Assembly: GCA_964463915.1 (NCBI GenBank)
Contig: CAYXEH010000003.1
Span: forward strand, 38,547-102,546
Length of the DNA stretch: 64,000 nucleotides
Reading direction: 5' to 3'
Source of the DNA: an uncultured Bacteroidales bacterium
GTDB taxonomy: Bacteria; Bacteroidota; Bacteroidia; Bacteroidales; UBA7960
Below, one piece after another: positions 36,069 to 45,951 of this stretch (positions within the stretch are counted from its first letter, which is position 1; every line of letters begins with the position of its first letter). The notes below the pieces were generated by a model. It was not told the DNA's origin. It did not search any database and saw only the letters and a program-made list of their open reading frames with translations. Made by a program: the position numbers and the translations under genes.

Positions 36069-37763
36069 ATGAAACATATCGCTTTTAACCATTTCCTGCC
36101 TCTGCATATTGGCCTGATTGCTATATTATTACTCAGTGCCTGTGACTCGAATGATGCAGATTTTGTTTATATCAACGGTAATTTTTACACCCTGGATGAG
36201 TCCGTGCCAAAAGCAACAGCCGTCGCAGTGAAAGACGGAGCGTATATGTTTGTCGGCGATCAGGATGGTGCCATGAAGTTCGCGGGCGATCATACCGAAA
36301 TGATCGACCTGGAAGGTCAAACGGTTATCCCCGGTTTGACCGAAGGCCATATGCATTTTGACAACCTGGGTCGCAACTTGCTGATGGCTCCCCTGGATGT
36401 GTACTGGTTGCCCCTGGATGAACTCACTAAAAAACTCGAAGCCGCCGTTGAAGAAGCAGCCCCGGGTGAATGGATTATCGCAAGGGGATACAATGATGCC
36501 ATCTGGGAAGAACCTCCGCACCGCCGTATGCTGGATGCGGTAAGCCCGGAAAACCCGGTTGTGCTTCGCCGTTATTGCGGGCATGCTCATTTTGTCAACA
36601 CCAGGGCCCTGCAGGAAGCCGGAATTACCAGTACCACAGAAGATCCTGATGCGGGCAGTATAATCCGGGATGAAAACGGAGAACCGACCGGCGTGCTTGT
36701 ATCAGCCGCAGGGGCCTTGGTCACCTCGCATGTCCCTCCCGCTCCAGCCCTGTCAGAGGCAGAAGAACTCGAGGCGTTACAAATGGGAAGTGATGCACTG
36801 CTGGAGGCCGGGATTACCACCGTGCACTGCGCCACAGGCATTGGTATGGATGATCTCAGGCTAAGGCAGAAGGCATTCAATCAGGGATTTCTGCAGGTAC
36901 GATTAATGGATGCGGTAAGTGTGGAAACAGCCAGGGAATTGGGAAGCCCTCTTACCGGGCTTTATGATGACCGCTACACGGTTCGATGGGTAAAAATGTT
37001 CGCTGACGGATCCCTTGGCGGGCGCGGTGCAGCCATGCTTGACCCCTATGACGATATGCCGGGGGAATATGGCGCCCTTCGTGCACTGGGCCAGGATGAG
37101 GAATCTTATGCTGAGCTGGTGGCCGAATTGCTGGGACTGGGTTTTTCCACCCGTACACACTCCATTGGCGACAGGGGGAACAGGGCCACACTGAATGCCT
37201 TTGAAAAAGCCATGGAGTTGTCAGGCAAACAACCCGAAGAGGCACGACTGGTGGTGGAACATGCCCAGGTCCTTCATCCCGATGATACAGAAAGATTTGC
37301 AGACAGAAGGTTTATTGCTTCCATGCAGCCTGTACATGCCACAGAAGATATGCTTTTTGTGGAAGACCGCATTGGACCGGAAAGGGCTGCCGGGGCGTAT
37401 GCATGGCGCAACATCCTGGACAAGGGAGGCATCATTGTCGCCGGATCAGACTACGGGGTTTCTCCCTTTAATCCATTTTACGGACTTCATGCAGCCGTCA
37501 CCCGGCAGGACCGTGAGAATAATCCTGAGGGAGGCTGGTTCCCTGAACAATGCATGACCCGTGAAGAAGCATTGAAAGCTTACACAAAATGGCCCGCTTA
37601 TGTGGAATTTTCAGAAGACACAAAAGGAAGCATCAGCCAGGGGAACCTGGCGGATTTCATCGTGATAGACCGTGACTATTTCGAGATTCCTGCCGAAGAA
37701 ATTCATCAAACACAAGTGCTTCGGACGGTATTGGCCGGCCAGACAGTTTTTATGACAGAATAA
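36069..37763 (+). CDS. Amidohydrolase-family (YtcJ-like) metal-dependent hydrolase, secreted/lipoprotein
   Basis: 564 aa. Signal peptide with Cys (LLLSAC), metal motif GLTEGHMHF (HxH) and a late GSDYGV Asp ligand region. Confidence 0.8.
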   Translation: MKHIAFNHFLPLHIGLIAILLLSACDSNDADFVYINGNFYTLDESVPKATAVAVKDGAYMFVGDQDGAMKFAGDHTEMIDLEGQTVIPGLTEGHMHFDNLGRNLLMAPLDVYWLPLDELTKKLEAAVEEAAPGEWIIARGYNDAIWEEPPHRRMLDAVSPENPVVLRRYCGHAHFVNTRALQEAGITSTTEDPDAGSIIRDENGEPTGVLVSAAGALVTSHVPPAPALSEAEELEALQMGSDALLEAGITTVHCATGIGMDDLRLRQKAFNQGFLQVRLMDAVSVETARELGSPLTGLYDDRYTVRWVKMFADGSLGGRGAAMLDPYDDMPGEYGALRALGQDEESYAELVAELLGLGFSTRTHSIGDRGNRATLNAFEKAMELSGKQPEEARLVVEHAQVLHPDDTERFADRRFIASMQPVHATEDMLFVEDRIGPERAAGAYAWRNILDKGGIIVAGSDYGVSPFNPFYGLHAAVTRQDRENNPEGGWFPEQCMTREEALKAYTKWPAYVEFSEDTKGSISQGNLADFIVIDRDYFEIPAEEIHQTQVLRTVLAGQTVFMTE

Positions 37764-37843
37764 CCAACCCCGGACAAACCAGCCGGAGACCAGCGGGGAC
37801 CGGCAGATAAATCAACATTATCATTCACCATAACCAATACAAC

Positions 37844-39406
37844 ATGATGAAATCAAATTCAATTGTCACCGCCTTCGTTTTCTTCTTAATGAGCGTTCTG
37901 GTAAGCACTTCCGTATTCGGATGTTTTACCGTTATTGTGGGCAAGAACGCAAGCCGTGATGGCTCAGTGCTTTTCGGTCACCTTGAGCAGAACGGGGGTC
38001 TTCGGAACCTTAGCTACCGATACGTCCCCCGTATTCAATACGAGCCGGGCGATGTGATTCAGCTCCGCCGGGGGGGCACATGGCCCCAGCCGGAAGAAAC
38101 CTATGCCTATCGCTGGACCAGCAACATCGGGACAGAGTTCGCAGATGGTTATTTCAATGAATGGGGAGTGGCAGTGGGCTCAGATGCCTGCGCCACCAGG
38201 GAAGACTCCTATGAAGAGCTGGTCAGCCGCGGTCAGATCACTGACGGAGGGATCGGGTATCAACTTCGCCGGATCATTGCCCAGCGGTCACGTACGGCCC
38301 GGGAAGGTGTGGAGGTTGCGACCGAATTGCTCGATCATTTTGGATATGCTTCATCCGGACGTACTTATGTGATCGCCGATGCCAATGAGGCCTGGGTACT
38401 TAGTGTGGCTGCCGGGAAAAACTGGATTGCCCAACGGGTACCGGACGATGGCGTTGTACTTCTTCCCAATGTACATATTATTGGGGATGAAGCTGACTTG
38501 AACGATACTGAAAATGTGATCGCGTCAGAAGGTCTGGTCGATTATGCCATTTCCCGTGGCTGGTATGACCCCGACTCCGGTGAACCCTTCAGCTTCAGGA
38601 AGGCCTTCAACCGCCCTGCACGCGAAGGCAGTTTTATGGATGAGAACGGCGTTGATCCAAGGCAATGGTTCAGCCAGTCACTGGTTCAGGGTGAACTGAT
38701 TGACCTTCCTGCTGACAGCCAGCTCCCTTTTGCCCTCTACCCTCAACGCAAATTCGATGTCACGGATGTGGCAAATATCATTCGCAGCCATGGATACATT
38801 GAAGGGCAGGATCCGGATATGGCCCTGTCTTACCGCCTGGGAATGGAGCAGGATGTTTCCCCGCACAACCGCAACGGTGGCGGATCCGGCCAGATCTGCA
38901 GCGGCACCAGCCAGGAATTGGTCGTGTATCAGCTGAGAAACTGGATGCCCGCTGAAATCGGGTCCGTAGGTTGGCGAACCACTGCTGCCCCTTGTGGATC
39001 TGTACTGGTGCCCTGGTATGCCGGCATCACTGAAACGCCGGATTCCTATTATAAGCCCTGGCCCCTGGAAGATGCCCTGGATATAGAATTTCAGTTTAAC
39101 CCCCCGGAAGGAACTTTTGATTATGATCCCGACAATGCCTTTGATGTATTCAATGCCCTTGAAAACATGATCGACCTGAATTATTCCCGAAATATAGAAA
39201 TGGTCAGGGAAGAATGGGATGCCATGGAGGAGGAACAGTTTAATATGCAGGAAGCCATTGAAAAAGTTGCGCTGGAGCTTTATGAACAGGATAAGGATAA
39301 GGCCGTAAACTTCCTGACAGGATATTCCAATTATCGCGCCATGCATGCCTTTGATAATGCCAAAGAACTCCTGAATCATCTGAAAACAATTCATTGGGCA
39401 CATTAA
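37844..39406 (+). CDS. C69-family dipeptidase
   Basis: 520 aa. Signal peptide ending in the Ntn-type nucleophile context VFGCFTVIVGKNASRDGSVLFGH. Confidence 0.8.
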   Translation: MMKSNSIVTAFVFFLMSVLVSTSVFGCFTVIVGKNASRDGSVLFGHLEQNGGLRNLSYRYVPRIQYEPGDVIQLRRGGTWPQPEETYAYRWTSNIGTEFADGYFNEWGVAVGSDACATREDSYEELVSRGQITDGGIGYQLRRIIAQRSRTAREGVEVATELLDHFGYASSGRTYVIADANEAWVLSVAAGKNWIAQRVPDDGVVLLPNVHIIGDEADLNDTENVIASEGLVDYAISRGWYDPDSGEPFSFRKAFNRPAREGSFMDENGVDPRQWFSQSLVQGELIDLPADSQLPFALYPQRKFDVTDVANIIRSHGYIEGQDPDMALSYRLGMEQDVSPHNRNGGGSGQICSGTSQELVVYQLRNWMPAEIGSVGWRTTAAPCGSVLVPWYAGITETPDSYYKPWPLEDALDIEFQFNPPEGTFDYDPDNAFDVFNALENMIDLNYSRNIEMVREEWDAMEEEQFNMQEAIEKVALELYEQDKDKAVNFLTGYSNYRAMHAFDNAKELLNHLKTIHWAH

Positions 39407-39418
39407 AATAGCGCACTT

Positions 39419-39994
39419 ATGAAAACAAATTTTGGTCCCTCAAAGATTTTATTTCCCAGTCCTGTGGCCCTTGTGGTAACAGGCACAATGAATGAAGCCA
39501 ACATTGCTACCATCGCCTGGGCCAGCCTGTTGACCAGTAAGCCCCCGACCCTGGGTATTTCGGTCGGGCAGAAAGGATTTACCGGGGAGGCAATCAAAAA
39601 CAACAACAACTTCAGTGTCAATATTGCCACGGCAGACATTATGACCCAGGCAGATTTTTGCGGCATTACCACCGGAAAGGAAATTGATAAATTCGAACGA
39701 TCCGGTTTGACAAAAATGCCTTCCAATGTCATCCAGTCGCCCATCATCAAAGAGTGTCCGCTCAACCTGGAATGCAAACTGACAGACTGGCGGATTATCG
39801 GACAGACCATCCATTTCGTGGGTGAAATTGCCGAAACCCATGTGGATACGAAGCTTTTGGGCAACCCTTCTGATCTTGGCTCTATTGACATTGCTGCCTT
39901 CAACCCGCTGATCTATTTCGGAGGCGTCAGGGAGTACAGGAACGTGGGTGAGAAGATTGGTGATGCTTACCAGATCGGCAAGCAACTCAGGTAA
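39419..39994 (+). CDS. Flavin reductase-like domain protein
   Basis: 191 aa. PSPVALVVTG..NIATIAWASLLTSKPPTLGISV and FSVNIA..ADFCGITTGKEIDKF follow the Flavin_Reduct fold pattern. The two long minus-strand ORFs here are shadows. Confidence 0.8.
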   Translation: MKTNFGPSKILFPSPVALVVTGTMNEANIATIAWASLLTSKPPTLGISVGQKGFTGEAIKNNNNFSVNIATADIMTQADFCGITTGKEIDKFERSGLTKMPSNVIQSPIIKECPLNLECKLTDWRIIGQTIHFVGEIAETHVDTKLLGNPSDLGSIDIAAFNPLIYFGGVREYRNVGEKIGDAYQIGKQLR

Positions 39995-40013
39995 CAGGTA
40001 AAGGAATTGTCCT

Positions 40014-41426
40014 ATGCCCCAGCGCATCCTTGACAAAACGGTATTTTCCCTCTCCGAGGTCGGAAGAAGTATTCAGAAAACACTCCGGGAAAGGTATAAA
40101 GGCAGTTACTGGATCAGGGCTGAACTGAATAAACTCAATTATTATGATCAGTCCGGACACTGTTTCCCGGAACTGGTTGAGAAGGAAGGAGCCACGGTCA
40201 GGGCACAGATGCGTGCGGTCTTATGGAGAGAAGATTTTGCATCCATCAATGAAAAATTCATTGAGGTTTTAAAAGAGCCCCTGAGAGACGGGATTAAGAT
40301 CATGCTGCTTGGCCGTATTATCTTTGATCCCGTTTACGGGTTATCTCTTCGCATTCTGGATATTGATCCCTCTTTTACTTTGGGTGACCTGGAAAAAGAA
40401 AAGCAGGCATGCATTGATACACTGGTAAGGGAAGGATTGTTTGATAAGAACAAAGCACACAAAGTCCCACTTCTGCCTCAGAGAATTGCGGTAATATCGG
40501 CAGAAACAAGTAAGGGATACGCTGACTTTACCCGTATTATTGACCAAAGTGAGTCAGATTACCGTTTTTTCCATCTGCTTTTCCCCGCATTGTTGCAGGG
40601 AGATCAGGCCGCAGTTTCCATATTGCATCAATTATCCCGCATCAAAAAGGTCATTCAGCATTTCGACCTGGTAACCATTATTCGTGGCGGAGGAGATGAC
40701 ATCGGGCTGGCCTGTTATAATAATATACATCTTTCCAGGGCTGTGGCGGATTTTCCGCTTCCGGTGTTTACAGGGATCGGCCATGTCACCAACGAAACTG
40801 TGACCGAAATGGTCGCACATACCAATGCAATCACCCCTACCAAACTTGCAGAGACCCTGATTGGCTATTTTCGTGACTTTGAAAACAGGGTGAGGGACAA
40901 AGCTGATATGATTCGCCTGGCAAGCCGGCAAAAGCTAACACTTGACCACCATCTGTTGGTATTCAATGTCAATCAGCTAAAATCCGGGGTAAATGGACAA
41001 CTTGCACAACAACGTTCCGGGTTGAGAGAATCGGCTCTGCGGTTAAAGCAGGAGTCCGGATACCTGGTCCGATACCACAAAGACCACCTTATCCCCCATC
41101 AGTCCCGTTCTCTTCAAGTGGGAGTGAATGACCTGCTTAAAATACAGCAACGTCAGCTGACCGGCATATTCAGCGAATTGTCTGCGGGCAGCAAATCCTT
41201 ACTTAGGGAAAACGGGCGTGAATTGAAAGGAATGGAATCCTCCCTTGAACAACTTCATCCCGACAATGTACTGAAAAGGGGCTTCAGCATAACCCGGCAC
41301 CGGGGCAAAGCATTAAAGGACGGACAAAATATCAAAGAGGGGGATTTTCTTGAAACGACACTTTTTGACAGTGTGATCCAAAGTAAAACCATCACCACCA
41401 AAACAAAAATGAACCATGACGGATAA
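40014..41426 (+). CDS. xseA: Exodeoxyribonuclease VII large subunit
   Basis: 470 aa. N-terminal OB segment (FSLSEVGRSIQKTL..YWIRAELNKLN), IAVISAETSKGYADF and RGGGDDIGLACYN motifs. Overlaps xseB by 11 nt. Confidence 0.9.
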   Translation: MPQRILDKTVFSLSEVGRSIQKTLRERYKGSYWIRAELNKLNYYDQSGHCFPELVEKEGATVRAQMRAVLWREDFASINEKFIEVLKEPLRDGIKIMLLGRIIFDPVYGLSLRILDIDPSFTLGDLEKEKQACIDTLVREGLFDKNKAHKVPLLPQRIAVISAETSKGYADFTRIIDQSESDYRFFHLLFPALLQGDQAAVSILHQLSRIKKVIQHFDLVTIIRGGGDDIGLACYNNIHLSRAVADFPLPVFTGIGHVTNETVTEMVAHTNAITPTKLAETLIGYFRDFENRVRDKADMIRLASRQKLTLDHHLLVFNVNQLKSGVNGQLAQQRSGLRESALRLKQESGYLVRYHKDHLIPHQSRSLQVGVNDLLKIQQRQLTGIFSELSAGSKSLLRENGRELKGMESSLEQLHPDNVLKRGFSITRHRGKALKDGQNIKEGDFLETTLFDSVIQSKTITTKTKMNHDG

Positions 41427-41643
41427 ACCAACCTACACTGAAGCATTTCGTGAGTTACAGGATATTGTAACCGACATAGAAGAGGGACAGATCGATGTGG
41501 ATGTGTTGTCCGAAAAGGTGAAACGAGCCACAGAATTGATCCGGATCTGCAAGGAAAAACTCCACAATACCAATGAGGATGTACAGGAAATTCTCAGAGA
41601 ATTGGAAAAATCCGATACCGGTCAGGAAAACCACGATGAATAA
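41416..41643 (+). CDS. xseB: Exodeoxyribonuclease VII small subunit
   Basis: 75 aa. TYTEAFRELQDIVTDIEEG and a helical hairpin, coupled to xseA. Confidence 0.85.
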   Translation: MTDKPTYTEAFRELQDIVTDIEEGQIDVDVLSEKVKRATELIRICKEKLHNTNEDVQEILRELEKSDTGQENHDE

Positions 41644-41715
41644 TCGCGCTATGCAGGTTCTGATCGCTGAACTCCCTGCATATATTTAGTCCATACCCCC
41701 GGGCGATCCGGTAAT

Positions 41716-41818
41716 GGATTCATCCTCATGCCAAATGCGGACTCCTTATGGATGTCATACACTTTACCCGGTACCCATGATACGAAGTTGGATTCATCGT
41801 CATGCCATAGCGAGTCTG
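41716..41818. repeat. Two direct copies of an 18-nt core GGATTCATC(C/G)TCATGCCA, 74 nt apart
   Basis: Copies at 41716..41733 and 41790..41807 are 17/18 identical, with weaker similarity for about 10 more nt. They lie in the convergent spacer between xseB and the DUF3347 ORF. Confidence 0.6.
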
Positions 41819-41830
41819 TGAGGGATTCTT

Positions 41831-42379
41831 CTAATGCACATGGCCTTCCATCTCCTCTTCCGGCATTTCTGTGTGCCCTACTCCTTCTCTAAGCTCTTCC
41901 CGGACTTCGCCGCACCTGAGCATCATGGATCCGAAGTAAGGGTTGCTGATCTCCTCAAACTCACTGAGCCAATAGGCTCCCTGGTCGTCGTCATACATGG
42001 GGCAAAAAGCCACATAAAAAGTTTGCCCGACAGCTCCCAGGGTTTGTGCCACCGAGATCATAGCTTCTGATAACGGCTCAAAATGAACACGCCGGGTCTC
42101 CAGGTCCTCTGCATCAATAAAATGCTCCAGGCTCTCCGCAATCAGGCCATATTGTTCCATCCAGAACATGTGATGTTCCCCGTCCAGGGAATGCTCACCT
42201 GTATCTTCCAGTTGATTTAGCATCGATTCCGCGTGCTCCACAGATGATTCCTCCGGGTCATCATCAGCCAGGGCATTCAGCTTTTCCAAAATGCGTGAAC
42301 GGCTCCAGTAGTATTCCACGTCTTCTTCGAAAATGACATAGATGCTGGAAAATCCAAACATCGAGGTGGACTGTATCAC
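41831..42379 (-). pseudogene. Chimeric ORF: ~34-aa CusA/CzcA-type RND pump fragment fused in frame to the C-terminal part of a DUF3347 protein
   Basis: GTG start, with an in-frame stop 6 codons upstream. Residues 3-36, QSTSMFGFSSIYVIFEEDVEYYWSRSRILEKLNA, align with E. coli CusA [35 protein letters not shown] (about aa 83-118). The remainder (HFEPLSEAM.., YVAFCPMYDDDQGAYWLS, NPYFGSMMLRCGEV) follows the DUF3347 pattern. Confidence 0.55.
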
Positions 42380-42403
42380 TATTATGGGAAAAAGCTATAA
42401 GAT

Positions 42404-42973
42404 TTATAACTCATCCAAAGACTTGCGTTGGTTGTGATGAAGTTTCCGGAATTCTCCCGGGGTCATGCCGGTTACTTTTTTAAACTGGCTGTTCAGGTAG
42501 GAAGGGCTGCTGTAACCCATCTGCCAGGCAATTTCTCCGAGGTTCATTTCGTCATAAAACAACAACTCCTTTACCCTCTCAATCTTTTGCCGGATAATGA
42601 ATTGCTCAAGTGTGATCCCTTCCACCTGAGAAAACAGGTTGCTGATATAACTGTATTCATAGGGAATCTCCTTTCCGATCAGGTCTGACCAGTTGTTTTT
42701 GACACCCCCGTCAGCGTGGTGGATTTGCCGGATGACAACACTTTTAATTTTCTGTATCATCTGGCTGCGCCGCTCATCGATCCGCTTAAATCCAAGTTCC
42801 TCCAGGGATTGATCCAGTTTCTCAAGTTCAGTTTCGCTCATCGAGTCCTTGTCCAGGATAAGCTCTCCGAGTGACACATACAAGGGATCCAGATTCAGTT
42901 CTTTGGCCACATGGCGTACCGCCTCCACGCAGCGCGGGCAGACCATATTTTTAATAACCAGTTTAATCGGCAT
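42404..42973 (-). CDS. AraC-family transcriptional regulator with N-terminal HMA-like (MxCxxC) metal-binding domain
   Basis: 189 aa. N-terminus IKNMVCPRCVEAV (ferredoxin-like HMA pattern). C-terminal AraC HTH (LEQFIIRQKIERVKELL, IAWQMGYSSPSYLNSQFKKVTGMTPGEFR). Confidence 0.8.
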   Translation of the reverse strand: MPIKLVIKNMVCPRCVEAVRHVAKELNLDPLYVSLGELILDKDSMSETELEKLDQSLEELGFKRIDERRSQMIQKIKSVVIRQIHHADGGVKNNWSDLIGKEIPYEYSYISNLFSQVEGITLEQFIIRQKIERVKELLFYDEMNLGEIAWQMGYSSPSYLNSQFKKVTGMTPGEFRKLHHNQRKSLDEL

Positions 42974-42984
42974 CGGTCAGTGCT

Positions 42985-43176
42985 TTAATCCTTCCTTTTG
43001 ATAATCTCTGCGTTGCGGTTTCCATAGGGAAGAGATCCACCTTCCTCTTCTTTTAGTTTTTTCCAGGCCCTTGAGATGATGAGTTCTTCCACGTCATCTT
43101 TGTCACAGGGAACTTCTACCACATACTCTTCAATTTCATAAGTGGCAATACTGCATTTTACAATGGCCTTTCCCAT
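42985..43176 (-). CDS. Small hypothetical protein (63 aa)
   Basis: ATG-initiated ORF 11 nt upstream of the AraC gene on the same strand, with balanced charged composition. I recognise no homolog. Confidence 0.4.
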   Translation of the reverse strand: MGKAIVKCSIATYEIEEYVVEVPCDKDDVEELIISRAWKKLKEEEGGSLPYGNRNAEIIKRKD

Positions 43177-43423
43177 ATTGCTGGTTCATTTATTTGAAAC
43201 GGATAAATTGACAGGACGGCTGAAACTTCATCCTGGTACGCCGGCTTCCCTTTAAACAAATATACGCGACAAATTTGAATTAATCCAGTATTTATGGAAA
43301 ATCATGTGTGGATGACAGAAGTCCGGCCCAGGAAATATATTCAAAGAAAAAAATGTATATTGCGCCTGTTACCGGAACAAACCTTTCCGACATCCTTATT
43401 AATTAACCAAATCTACAACCAAC

Positions 43424-45538
43424 ATGATCAGAAAAATTTTTTTACTGGGGGTACTCCTGTGCCTGTCAGCATTTGTTTATGGACAATACACCCCCTGGTA
43501 TTACTGGACATTTCTGCCTGAGGAGCAGATAAACGAGATCATCGGCGAGACCTCCGGTGAGACAGCCTTTCATACCATAATTGAAACGGCCGGCTATACC
43601 AGAAACCGGCCGGAGGAAGAATACCATACCACTTTCAGGGAGTCAGCCTATATTTATGAACAGTTGCAATCATACGGGATAGACGAAGCTGACCTCGTTC
43701 GAGTCCCGGCACGCAACGATGAAACATGGAACGGAATCAGGGGTGAGCTTTGGGAAACAGCACCGGGAAAATCAAAAATTGTATCATACCGGGACAATGC
43801 TTTTCAGCTTACCCAGGGCAGCAATGATGCGGATCTCAGTGCGGAACTGGTCTGGGTGGGCAAAGGCTCACAGGATGAGGTCAACGGGTCGGATGTTGAA
43901 GGCAAGATTGCTGTTGGTCATGGAAACGTATCCTACATACACAGGAATGCAATTATGGCCGGAGCCATAGGCGTGGTGGCCATCAGCGATTCAAGGAATT
44001 ATATCGATCCCCTGCAGGTTCCTGCAGGACGTATCGGGGATGTACGCAACCCTGACACCGGAGAAACCTGGCCTGCCGGATTTGCTTTCCAGATGAACAT
44101 CCGGGAAGGACAATATTTAAGGAACCGTCTGATGCGCGGTGAAACCATTATGGCCCGCGCCCTGGTGGAAACAAGCATGGAGCCCTATGAGATCCAGAAT
44201 GTAGAAGCCACCATTTTGGGAGAAAACCCGGAAGAAACCGGGGTGATCTTATCTGCACATATTTTTGAGGGGTTGGTGAAACAGGGTGCGAACGACAACA
44301 AGTCGGGCGGCGCCGCTATTCTGGAAGTGGCCAGGGTATTGAACACCCTGATCGAAGAAGGACGGATTCCGCGTCCCAAGCGCAGCATTCGCTTTATCTG
44401 GGCTCCCGAGTTTTCCGGAACCCGGCCCTGGGTAGAAACAAATTTTGAAGACATCAGGGAAGCCTATTGCAACATTAATATGGACATGGTCGGTGAATGG
44501 CTCAGTCTGAATAAATCTACTTTCTCCCTCATGCGTACCACCTTTGGCAATGCCCATTACGTCAACGATGTGGTAGAAAATTATTTTCGTTTTATCGGGG
44601 AGGGAAATATGGAGAAAATTCATAACAGGCAATCCACTTACCCGGTGGCCCACCGGATCGTGGCACCTTATGGTGCGGATGAACCATTTCGTTACAGCAT
44701 CGAGCCCCATTACGGGTCTTCCGATCATGAGGTTTTCAATAACTTCGGGGTACGGATTCCTGGCGTAATGCTGATTGCCTGGCCGGATCAATGGTACCAT
44801 ACATCGGGTGACGTGGCCGACAAGGCCGATCCGACACAACTTAAAAGGGCCGTAGTGATCGCAGCCGCCTCAGCCTACACCATTGCCAATGCCAATGATG
44901 AAATGGCTGTTAAAATTGCCGGTGAAATTGCCGGGAACGCTGCCAGTCGATTGGGTCATCAGCTCCAGGTGTCCATGGATATGATCAGTAAAAGCAACAG
45001 AGCCAACCTGCAAATACGCTACCGGGAAGCAGACGAGTTGTTACAGGCTCATCTGCTGAATGAATTGGCCACCGTGGAGTCCGTATATGAATTGATGGAG
45101 GATGCGTCATGGGGCAACGATTATATTGAAGACATGAAAACAAGTATTGAGGCTGTCGGGGTAAGCCACCGAAATGCACTGCAAGCACAGATGCAGACCA
45201 GGTCACGCCTCCTTGATATGGATCCGGTTTCTCCGGAAACACTTACAGCTGATGAAGAACAGGCCAGCATGCTTATTCCTGCCTATACACCCGGCACATA
45301 TAAAGGAGGGCCGAACATTCTGAATGAAAGCCTGGCTGCATTGCCCGAAGAAGTATCAGAGGAATACCCGGTTGAGGGCCGTATTAACCGTACAGAAATT
45401 GCCCGCCTTGTAAACGGAGAATATTCCATTTATACCATCAAAATCATGTTGGATGCACAACAGGAAGACAAGAACAACCTGCAGGATATCATGAATTTCT
45501 TCCAACAAATGAAAATTGCGGGATTGGTAGAATTCTGA
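43424..45538 (+). CDS. Secreted M28-family metallopeptidase with PA domain
   Basis: 704 aa. Signal peptide, PA-like insert (VEGKIAVGHGN..AGAIGVVAIS), M28 zinc-site motifs SAHIFEG..GANDNKSGGAAILEVAR and SSDHEVF. Confidence 0.8.
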   Translation: MIRKIFLLGVLLCLSAFVYGQYTPWYYWTFLPEEQINEIIGETSGETAFHTIIETAGYTRNRPEEEYHTTFRESAYIYEQLQSYGIDEADLVRVPARNDETWNGIRGELWETAPGKSKIVSYRDNAFQLTQGSNDADLSAELVWVGKGSQDEVNGSDVEGKIAVGHGNVSYIHRNAIMAGAIGVVAISDSRNYIDPLQVPAGRIGDVRNPDTGETWPAGFAFQMNIREGQYLRNRLMRGETIMARALVETSMEPYEIQNVEATILGENPEETGVILSAHIFEGLVKQGANDNKSGGAAILEVARVLNTLIEEGRIPRPKRSIRFIWAPEFSGTRPWVETNFEDIREAYCNINMDMVGEWLSLNKSTFSLMRTTFGNAHYVNDVVENYFRFIGEGNMEKIHNRQSTYPVAHRIVAPYGADEPFRYSIEPHYGSSDHEVFNNFGVRIPGVMLIAWPDQWYHTSGDVADKADPTQLKRAVVIAAASAYTIANANDEMAVKIAGEIAGNAASRLGHQLQVSMDMISKSNRANLQIRYREADELLQAHLLNELATVESVYELMEDASWGNDYIEDMKTSIEAVGVSHRNALQAQMQTRSRLLDMDPVSPETLTADEEQASMLIPAYTPGTYKGGPNILNESLAALPEEVSEEYPVEGRINRTEIARLVNGEYSIYTIKIMLDAQQEDKNNLQDIMNFFQQMKIAGLVEF

Positions 45539-45603
45539 TCCAAAACCTGCATTCATCCCATGCAATCAAGACAGTCGGCCTTTGCATGAATCATTGCCTG
45601 CCT

Positions 45604-45641
45604 CCCCTTTCGCAAATGACAGATGCGAAAGGGGATTTTTT
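45604..45641 (+). terminator. Rho-independent terminator after the M28 peptidase gene
   Basis: Perfect 11-bp stem CCCCTTTCGCA / TGCGAAAGGGG with a 9-nt loop, followed by ATTTTTT. It overlaps the stop of the convergent gene. Confidence 0.85.
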
Positions 45642-45951
45642 ACTTATTGACTGTCCCGATACGTTCTTCCACAGATTTGATCTTCCCTTCCAACTGGTTA
45701 TCTTTTCCTTTCCGGATATCCAGTTTCATGCTGGAATAGATCCTTTGGCAATCGGGCTCCAGAAGACCGTAGGCCTGTTCAATTACCCTGAGTATCTGTT
45801 GTATGGTGTCTGCTTCCACCACTGTTCCCATGGGGGTCAGCCGGTAATTCAGCCCTGTTTCCTTAATCATTTTGATAATTCTGCTCACATAAGGACTCAC
45901 ACTCTCCCCTTTATCCGTGGGGAACATCGAAAATTCAAGCAATACAGACAT
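45640..45951 (-). CDS. MTH1187/YkoF-like thiamine-binding protein (DUF77)
   Basis: 103 aa. MSVLLEFSMFPTDKGESVSPYVSRII..TGLNYRLTPMGTVVE is the family's characteristic N-terminal pattern. Confidence 0.8.
   Translation of the reverse strand: MSVLLEFSMFPTDKGESVSPYVSRIIKMIKETGLNYRLTPMGTVVEADTIQQILRVIEQAYGLLEPDCQRIYSSMKLDIRKGKDNQLEGKIKSVEERIGTVNK

Noticed and set aside
38678-40036. Long minus-strand ORFs (241, 166 and 195 aa) opposite the C69 dipeptidase and flavin reductase genes
   Set aside because: The plus-strand genes have family-specific motifs. The minus frames overlap one another and look like shadows.
43294-43521. 75-aa plus-strand ORF upstream of and overlapping the M28 peptidase start; also small ORFs 35783..36031, 35916..36107 and 53892..54077 in spacers
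   Set aside because: They lie in AT-rich promoter spacers, overlap better-supported gene starts and have low-complexity translations.
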